Position numbers and translations under genes: made by a program. DNA of 64,000 bases, from positions 46,264-110,263 of the forward strand of contig JAUSCZ010000017.1 in the NCBI GenBank assembly GCA_030674475.1. Reading direction: 5' to 3'. Under the pieces are notes generated by a model. That model ran no database searches, had not been told where the DNA came from, and saw only the letters and a list, made by a program, of their open reading frames with translations. This stretch comes from Candidatus Omnitrophota bacterium (GTDB lineage: Bacteria > Omnitrophota > Gorgyraeia > Gygaellales > UBA12090). Of this stretch, positions 58,150-64,000 are shown piece by piece (the stretch's first letter is position 1; each line of letters starts with the position of its first letter).

Positions 58150-58839
58150 TCACCCTTTCCTTTTAAAGCGGGAACGTATCATGCGAATAATAATCTTAAA
58201 GGCATCGTAATATCTTATCTTCTTGCCCTGGGCGTAACCGCGGGGATGATAGGCAATGGGGATTTCCTGAATTCTTAATTTTCTTCTTATGACCTTACTG
58301 ACAATCTCCTGTTCTAAAGAAAAACCGTCGGCCTCTAAATCCAGGCTGTTATAGACACCGCGCCGGGCAACTTTATAGCAGGTATAGACGTCATTTAATC
58401 TGCTCGCGTATAAAAGATTATGTAATCCGGTCAAAAACTGATTTCCCAGCCTATGCATAAATAACCCTTTATACCCCCGGGAAAACCTCACCCCTAAGAC
58501 CATATCCGCCTGATTACTAATAATCGGAGGAACCAGCCTTAAATAATCATTAGGGTCATATTCCAGGTCGGCATCCTGAATAATCACCACCTCACCGACA
58601 GCCTGTTTAAGACCGGTCCTGAAGGCCGCGCCCTTGCCCAGATTCCTGGGATGAGAAAAGAGCTTCAGGTTAGGCAATTTTAAATTTTCCAGGATCTGGC
58701 GGGTTCGGTCGGTAGAAGCATCGTTAACCACGATAATTTCTTTATCTATATCTACAGCGTTGATAATATTTATTACCTTTTCAAGGGTGCTTTCTTCATT
58801 ATACACCGGAATAATTACTGAGAGAAGCGGCATGGGCAT
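58150..58839 (-). CDS. GT2 DPM1-like glycosyltransferase
   Basis: IIPVYNE, NDASTD, GKGAA, IQDADLEYDP. Start moved to ATG 58839. Confidence 0.9.
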   Translation of the reverse strand: MPMPLLSVIIPVYNEESTLEKVINIINAVDIDKEIIVVNDASTDRTRQILENLKLPNLKLFSHPRNLGKGAAFRTGLKQAVGEVVIIQDADLEYDPNDYLRLVPPIISNQADMVLGVRFSRGYKGLFMHRLGNQFLTGLHNLLYASRLNDVYTCYKVARRGVYNSLDLEADGFSLEQEIVSKVIRRKLRIQEIPIAYHPRGYAQGKKIRYYDAFKIIIRMIRSRFKRKG

Positions 58840-58847
58840 AGTATTTA

Positions 58848-59006
58848 TTAAAAGAGTGTGTAAATAAACGGAGCAACCGCCGAGCTCTGGGTGAAAAATA
58901 TCAACGCCCCTAACAATAACAGCATCACCACAATCGGGGTGATCCACCATTTCTTATTCTGCAGTAAATACTGCCCGAATTCTTTTAACAAATTCATCTT
59001 ACCCAT
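58848..59006 (-). CDS. SxtK/DUF5989-like small membrane protein
   Basis: NKKWWITP...SSAVAPFIYTLF. Confidence 0.85.
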   Translation of the reverse strand: MGKMNLLKEFGQYLLQNKKWWITPIVVMLLLLGALIFFTQSSAVAPFIYTLF

Positions 59007-59019
59007 TATTTTTCCCTCC

Positions 59020-59424
59020 TCAAAATATCCTCTCATAACTTTCTTTAGCTGAATTTTTTAACTCTCGTTTCAACCAGTAAGTTTCCGCGCCTTTTTCCAA
59101 TCTTAAATTTAAAAGATCCTTTTTGAGTAATCTCATCATTAAACCAATCGGGGTAACTACCAGATAATAAACCAACATCAAAATAATCCGGGTATTTACC
59201 CAGCCCAAACAAAAAGCCAGCCCCATCCAGATTTTATATATCGGTTTTAATAAAATCGCCCGGGCCTGGGCTAAAATAAAAAATATCAATCCTATCGCCC
59301 AAAGCGGTATAAATAATGGCTTATGCCGGAGCAATAAGACCAACCCGATGACCAACAGGCAAAACGCCATTGTTCTACCGAATTTTTTTAGATTAGCATT
59401 GCTTAAATCAAGCTCTTTTAACAT
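59020..59424 (-). CDS. SxtJ-family membrane protein
   Basis: LKKFG, WMGLAFCLGWVNTRIIL, TPIG, TYW. Confidence 0.85.
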   Translation of the reverse strand: MLKELDLSNANLKKFGRTMAFCLLVIGLVLLLRHKPLFIPLWAIGLIFFILAQARAILLKPIYKIWMGLAFCLGWVNTRIILMLVYYLVVTPIGLMMRLLKKDLLNLRLEKGAETYWLKRELKNSAKESYERIF

Positions 59425-59425
59425 A

Positions 59426-61246
59426 TTAGTCTAAGCTAAATTCCTTCTTCCAATCCGTATCTTTATCCAAGGGTTTCTGTTCCTTTTTATCTAAAAGGAA
59501 ATTACCTATTACCAAATAATCCATACCCGTGCGCATAAAACAGCGGTAGGCCTCCTGGGGCCGGCAGACTAATGGCTCACCCCGGACATTAAAAGAGGTG
59601 TTCACAATCACCGCGCAACCGGTCTTTTTATAAAACTCGTTTATTGTATCATAATAAAGCGGAAAATCATCCCTTTTTATGGTCTGGATCCGGGCGGAAT
59701 AATCAATATGGGTTACCGCCGGTATTTCTGAGCGCTTCACATTTAACTTTTTAATCCCGAATAGGCTATTTTCCTCAGCAGTCATTTTCCTGCGGATACC
59801 CTCCTTAACCGGCGCCACTAAAAGCATATAAGGACTGTCACAATCCAGGTCAAAATAATCCTTAGCCTTATCTTGAAGCACCGTGGGGGCAAAGGGCCGA
59901 AAAGACTCCCGGAATTTTATCTTCAGGTTAAGCTTGGACTGCATCTCTTCAGAACGAGCATCGGCAATTATGGAGCGAGCCCCCAAGGCCCGCGGGCCAA
60001 ACTCCATCCTCCCTTGAAACCAACCGACAACCTTCTCCTGGGATAATAAATCCGCGACTGCCTTAGGCAATTCTTCCCTGGAATACTTTTTATAAGGGAT
60101 GCTCTCATCTTTCAGGAAATCTTCTATTTCCTCATCCGGGTATTCCGGCCCCAGATAAGATGCTTTCTGGGAATCTCGGCCATTCGTGAGACGCTTATTA
60201 TTCAGGTATTTATACCAGACGAATAAGGCCGCCCCCAGGGCCCCTCCGGCGTCCCCGGCTGCCGGCTGAATCCAGATATCCTCAAATATCTTTTCTCTGA
60301 CTATTTTACCGTTAGCCACACAATTTAAAGCCACCCCTCCGGCTAAACAGAGTTTTTTTTGACCGGTAATTTTCTTGAGATGACGGCAAATCCGCAAAAT
60401 TACTTCTTCGGTAACCTCTTGAATAGAGCGGGCGATATCCATATAAAATTGGGTAATCTGGCTTTCCAGACCGCGGGCGGGACAACCAAAAAGATTCTCA
60501 AATCTCTTATTTATCATCCGTAGGCCATAAGAATAAGGAAAATAACCAATATTTAGCTTAAAAGAGCCGTCTTCTTTTAAGTCAATCAGCTCTTTAAGAA
60601 TCAAATCCTCATATTTCGGCTCTCCGTAGGGGGCCAGGCCCATTAGCTTATATTCCCCGGAATTAACCTTGAATCCGGCGTAATAGGTAAAGGCTGAATA
60701 CAAAAGCCCTAAGGAATGGGGGAATTTGATTTCATATTCTAAATTAAAATCATTGTCTTTGCCGGCGCCGAAACTGGTGGTTGCCCACTCTCCCACACCG
60801 TCAAGGGTAAGGATGGCGGCCTCCTGAAACGGGCTGGGATAAAAAGCCGAAGCGGCGTGGGATTCGTGATGGCCAGAGAAAATCAGTTTTCCTTTAAATC
60901 CCGGAAGCCCTTTTTGGATAATATCCGGAATCCACAGCTTCTGTTTGATCCATAAAGGCATCGCCTTCAAAAAAGAGGTAATTCCTAATGGCGCGTAGGC
61001 CAGATAACTTTCCAGCAAGCGCTCAAATTTAATTAAAGGCTTCTCATAAAAAGCCACATAGTCTAAATCCTGGGCCTTTATTCCGGCTTCGCTTAAACAA
61101 TAACTTATGGCGTTCCCGGGGAAAGCATAGTCGTGCTTAACTCGGGTAAAGCGCTCTTCCTGGGCCGCGGCAATAATCTCTCCGTCCTTAACCAACGCCG
61201 CCGCGCTATCATGATAAAATGCCGAAATACCTAAAATATAACTCAT
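59426..61246 (-). CDS. NodU/CmcH-family O-carbamoyltransferase
   Basis: ILGISAFYHDSAA, QEERF, HHESHAASAF, GEYKLMGLA, GGVALN, EFGPRALG, KFRESFRPFAP, NTSFN. Start moved to ATG 61246. Confidence 0.93.
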   Translation of the reverse strand: MSYILGISAFYHDSAAALVKDGEIIAAAQEERFTRVKHDYAFPGNAISYCLSEAGIKAQDLDYVAFYEKPLIKFERLLESYLAYAPLGITSFLKAMPLWIKQKLWIPDIIQKGLPGFKGKLIFSGHHESHAASAFYPSPFQEAAILTLDGVGEWATTSFGAGKDNDFNLEYEIKFPHSLGLLYSAFTYYAGFKVNSGEYKLMGLAPYGEPKYEDLILKELIDLKEDGSFKLNIGYFPYSYGLRMINKRFENLFGCPARGLESQITQFYMDIARSIQEVTEEVILRICRHLKKITGQKKLCLAGGVALNCVANGKIVREKIFEDIWIQPAAGDAGGALGAALFVWYKYLNNKRLTNGRDSQKASYLGPEYPDEEIEDFLKDESIPYKKYSREELPKAVADLLSQEKVVGWFQGRMEFGPRALGARSIIADARSEEMQSKLNLKIKFRESFRPFAPTVLQDKAKDYFDLDCDSPYMLLVAPVKEGIRRKMTAEENSLFGIKKLNVKRSEIPAVTHIDYSARIQTIKRDDFPLYYDTINEFYKKTGCAVIVNTSFNVRGEPLVCRPQEAYRCFMRTGMDYLVIGNFLLDKKEQKPLDKDTDWKKEFSLD

Positions 61247-61314
61247 GATATTTACACTCGTGTCCAAATTAGGCCATGAATACCGACAACAAAGTAGTTC
61301 TGAGATTCCAAAAC

Positions 61315-61432
61315 TGTCATGCCCGTCCCCGCCTACGCGAGGATAAACTCCGGCGGGCATCCCTGCCTACCGGCAGGCAGGCAGGCTCTTGAGTCAATCG
61401 TGGATTCCCGCCTAAAGATTGCGGGAATGACA
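61315..61432. repeat. Composite nested palindromic element
   Basis: TGTCATGCCCG...GGATTCCCGC..GCGGGAATGACA enclosing CCTGCCTACCGGCAGGCAGG (61362-61381). Confidence 0.8.
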
Positions 61433-63497
61433 TGTCGTAACTAATTTTAGACGGCAATGTTACTTTATATATATGGATAGTGGAATTTGAAAAACTTAAA
61501 GTAAACTCTTCGGGGTGCATCCGAGCCCAGATGTCTTCAGTCGGGAAAGCCGTTTCCTTGGTTTGATGCAAAGAATAGATAAATAAATAATCGGTTTTTC
61601 TTTTCTTTAGATTAGCCAGCCATAGCGCGTAATCCGGATGTTCCCGGTAATTCCCCTCGGCCTCTAAATTCTGATGCAATTCCATAAAATCCGTTCCCCA
61701 GCGGTAGCGGCTATTAGGGAAATAATGGGCCATCGCCGGATCGGTCTTATTTACCGAAGCATAGTAAACATTGTTTTTGAAATCCGTCCCGTATAAAGGA
61801 AAAGGCACCGGCCGACCCACATAGGCGATATTATCGCCGATTGTATTAGCGTTAAGCCAATCCCAGGCTTTAACTGCCTCCGGCCAAAATCCCGAATATT
61901 TCACCATAGAAATATAGCGCCGGTATTCATTCTCGCGATAATCAATATTTAATAAGGACAGGCTCACTGCTAAAATCATAAAGGCAATCAACCATCCCTT
62001 AATTTTAAGGCTTCCCAGGAAATTATAGATAGGATTAAAGCCAAAAAAGAGTACCGCCGATAGCGCTAAGGAAGACACCAGCTCCAGACGGGTGGCAATC
62101 TCGGCAGATGAAGCCAGGAAACACAAAATAACTAAAACTCTCACCATAGTTATGAGCGGCTTTTTTTCAGACAACAACATAAACGGAACAATAAACCCCA
62201 GCGCCAGCGCCGGATAAAGATAGCGTAGATTAGCCAGAGGTATACAAAAGCGCCAGATAAAACATAAAATAATCGGCAATAAAAACACGGAAAACTTTTC
62301 AACGTTTATTCTTTTCTTAAGAGCATTAAATACAAAGACAAAAAAAGCCGGGATGACGAACACAATCAGCCCTCCTCCCAACCCCTCGCTAAAAAGTATT
62401 TTATTTAAGGCATAGGCACTCCTATCAACATGCGCGGTATAGACGCTTTTATCAAAAATTCCCTTAAATACAGTCTTCCCCAGAAACTCCACATTCAATG
62501 GATACAGGGGATTTCCGGTCTGGATAAAATTGCGAATATAACCGTATCCACCGCTAATTATAATTAATCCGACTACAAGCAGAAAATAAAAACTAACCCG
62601 GCGTATGCTCAACATTCGACGCCGCTTAAATAAAACCAGACTAAGAACCAGTATCAGCACCGCCGCGTAAGGCAAGGCAATAGTCTTAGTGCCGATTAAA
62701 AAACCCAGACTGAGAGAAAATAAAGCTACATCTTTAAGCCTTTTCTCTCGGTAAAACGAAAGCAGGAAATAACAACCCGACAAGAACCACCCCGCCACCA
62801 TGACATCCACATAAGCAATTTCCATCTGCTTAAAATAATTCGGGGTTATGGTGAAAAGCCCAGCCGCGTAAAAGGAATACTCGCGGCTGATATTAAACTT
62901 CCGGCATATCCCGTATACAGCAATAAAAGAAATCACAAAAAAAGGAATCTGACCCAAGTCCGCCATAAAGGCATTTTTTAAAGGGTACATACCCCAGAGG
63001 TAAATCAGGCTTCCATTGATAGGATAGTAGCTCGGACCCAAATCATCATTGATAGTAATGGGATTGGCTAAATTCTTATGCTTCATCCATTCTACCGGAA
63101 AGCTAAAATGATAATTCAGGCTATCCCAGCCAAAGGGAGGATTGACCAAATTGATGGCTATTTTCACCAAAGCAAAACCCAGGAGAACTGAAACGCAAAA
63201 AACGATTATTTTATTGGCAATAATTTCTTTAGGGATGATAAAAACGGGCGGGTTGTTCTTTTTCGGCTTAATAATAAGAAAAATAATGCTAAAAATTATA
63301 AGCGCTGAAAGGATAAGATTTTCTAAAGACAGTTTTCCCAGGATACCCCAAAAAAGCGGGATCAGAATTATCTGGCTGTAAAATACGACAGCCAAAGTTA
63401 AAAGGCGGGAACTCGCGTTCTCAGTAGAGTTATATTTTCCAGCCAGCCGATACGAAGAGCAAAAGGCGAGCGTGTTGAGTAAAATAAAAACAAACAT
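61317..63497 (-). CDS. Polytopic membrane glycosyltransferase-like protein (GT-C)
   Basis: PPFGWDSLNYH, YYP, YVDV, GTK, YIRNFIQTGNPLYP, RYLYP; the last ~38 aa come from repeat DNA. Confidence 0.72.
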   Translation of the reverse strand: MFVFILLNTLAFCSSYRLAGKYNSTENASSRLLTLAVVFYSQIILIPLFWGILGKLSLENLILSALIIFSIIFLIIKPKKNNPPVFIIPKEIIANKIIVFCVSVLLGFALVKIAINLVNPPFGWDSLNYHFSFPVEWMKHKNLANPITINDDLGPSYYPINGSLIYLWGMYPLKNAFMADLGQIPFFVISFIAVYGICRKFNISREYSFYAAGLFTITPNYFKQMEIAYVDVMVAGWFLSGCYFLLSFYREKRLKDVALFSLSLGFLIGTKTIALPYAAVLILVLSLVLFKRRRMLSIRRVSFYFLLVVGLIIISGGYGYIRNFIQTGNPLYPLNVEFLGKTVFKGIFDKSVYTAHVDRSAYALNKILFSEGLGGGLIVFVIPAFFVFVFNALKKRINVEKFSVFLLPIILCFIWRFCIPLANLRYLYPALALGFIVPFMLLSEKKPLITMVRVLVILCFLASSAEIATRLELVSSLALSAVLFFGFNPIYNFLGSLKIKGWLIAFMILAVSLSLLNIDYRENEYRRYISMVKYSGFWPEAVKAWDWLNANTIGDNIAYVGRPVPFPLYGTDFKNNVYYASVNKTDPAMAHYFPNSRYRWGTDFMELHQNLEAEGNYREHPDYALWLANLKKRKTDYLFIYSLHQTKETAFPTEDIWARMHPEEFTLSFSNSTIHIYKVTLPSKISYDMSFPQSLGGNPRLTQEPACLPVGRDARRSLSSRRRGRA

Positions 63498-64000
63498 TAG
63501 TTACTTTGCCCAATCAATCGGACGGTAATTAAAGCCCCGGAGGCAAAAACTTTTATGAAAATAGGTGTTTTTGGGCCGTTATCCAATAATACGATTTCGA
63601 TTTTTGATTGATGATAAGGATTTTTATCCCTTCGAAAGATCCGGCCTTTAAGCCTGTAAGCGCCCACAGGACCACTTTTAGTTTGGATATTTTCTTTGCT
63701 GATGTCTCCGGTAAAGGCGTAATTCTTCTGATTAGTATTAATATTTAAATCAAAATTGGACGTCTTATCCAAATCCATCCGTCTTAACTTATGAAGAACA
63801 GAAAGCGGCTCATAAGTCTCAGGGAAGATTGTCCGCTTTTCACCGCCAATTTCCATAACATTACTAATCTGGTTGTATCTCACTTCCTTCTTTAGCACTT
63901 TATCTTTGGTTTGAATGTCTTGCCTGAAAAACACCGGCAAAAGAGTCTTAGGGTCAAGATAGGAATCAATGCTGGCCGAGAAAGGATAAATCTTAAAGAT
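63497..64000 (-). CDS. DUF3108-like exported protein (5' end outside the window)
   Basis: Beta-rich ORF open to the window edge; YLDPKTLLP, EPLSVLHKLR, TPIFIKV. Confidence 0.5.
   Translation of the reverse strand: MFKIYPFSASIDSYLDPKTLLPVFFRQDIQTKDKVLKKEVRYNQISNVMEIGGEKRTIFPETYEPLSVLHKLRRMDLDKTSNFDLNINTNQKNYAFTGDISKENIQTKSGPVGAYRLKGRIFRRDKNPYHQSKIEIVLLDNGPKTPIFIKVFASGALITVRLIGQSN

Noticed and set aside
58848-61246. Saxitoxin biosynthesis cluster
   Set aside because: No sxtA, sxtG or other core genes; the context is polysaccharide.
61247-61360. N-terminal extensions in the ORF track (also 58840-58950, 38529-38603, 35241-35297, 28001-28075)
   Set aside because: They run through repeats or upstream genes, and family homology starts at downstream ATGs.
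6791-63381. Short plus-strand ORFs and nested minus-strand ORFs in the track
   Set aside because: They are antisense or out-of-frame shadows of well-supported genes and have no motifs.

Overview
Bacterial DNA with essentially every real gene on the minus strand. The window is one large surface-glycan (LPS/O-antigen or protein-glycosylation) locus. It encodes nucleotide-sugar enzymes (GDP-heptose-type HddA/HddC/GmhB, a split transketolase, dehydratases, three DegT aminotransferases, a NeuB/SpsF nonulosonate set, ManC) and many tailoring enzymes (three B12 radical SAM proteins, three SAM methyltransferases, two amidotransferases, a carbamoyltransferase with SxtJ/SxtK-like partners). It also has GT2/GT4/GT9/GT-C glycosyltransferases, a Wzx flippase and a WaaL-GT9 fusion. 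The gene style suggests an anaerobic Gram-negative lineage such as Ca. Omnitrophota (inference only). The most unusual part is 38.2-47.35 kb, a co-oriented array of about 8 toxin-antitoxin cassettes with no integrase or transposase. The cassettes are separated by a recurring scaffold: pieces of a four-helix-bundle (23S IVS/Avd-like) gene, 7-bp tandem repeats, the 5' end of an EPS-associated MarR gene (6 copies) and a GTAG REP-like hairpin. A sigma70-like promoter sits at the head of the array. Several toxins are disabled while their antitoxins are intact. Several palindromic elements also sit in frame inside glycan genes. No rRNA, tRNA or CRISPR array was seen. All family calls come from motif recognition by eye, not database searches.
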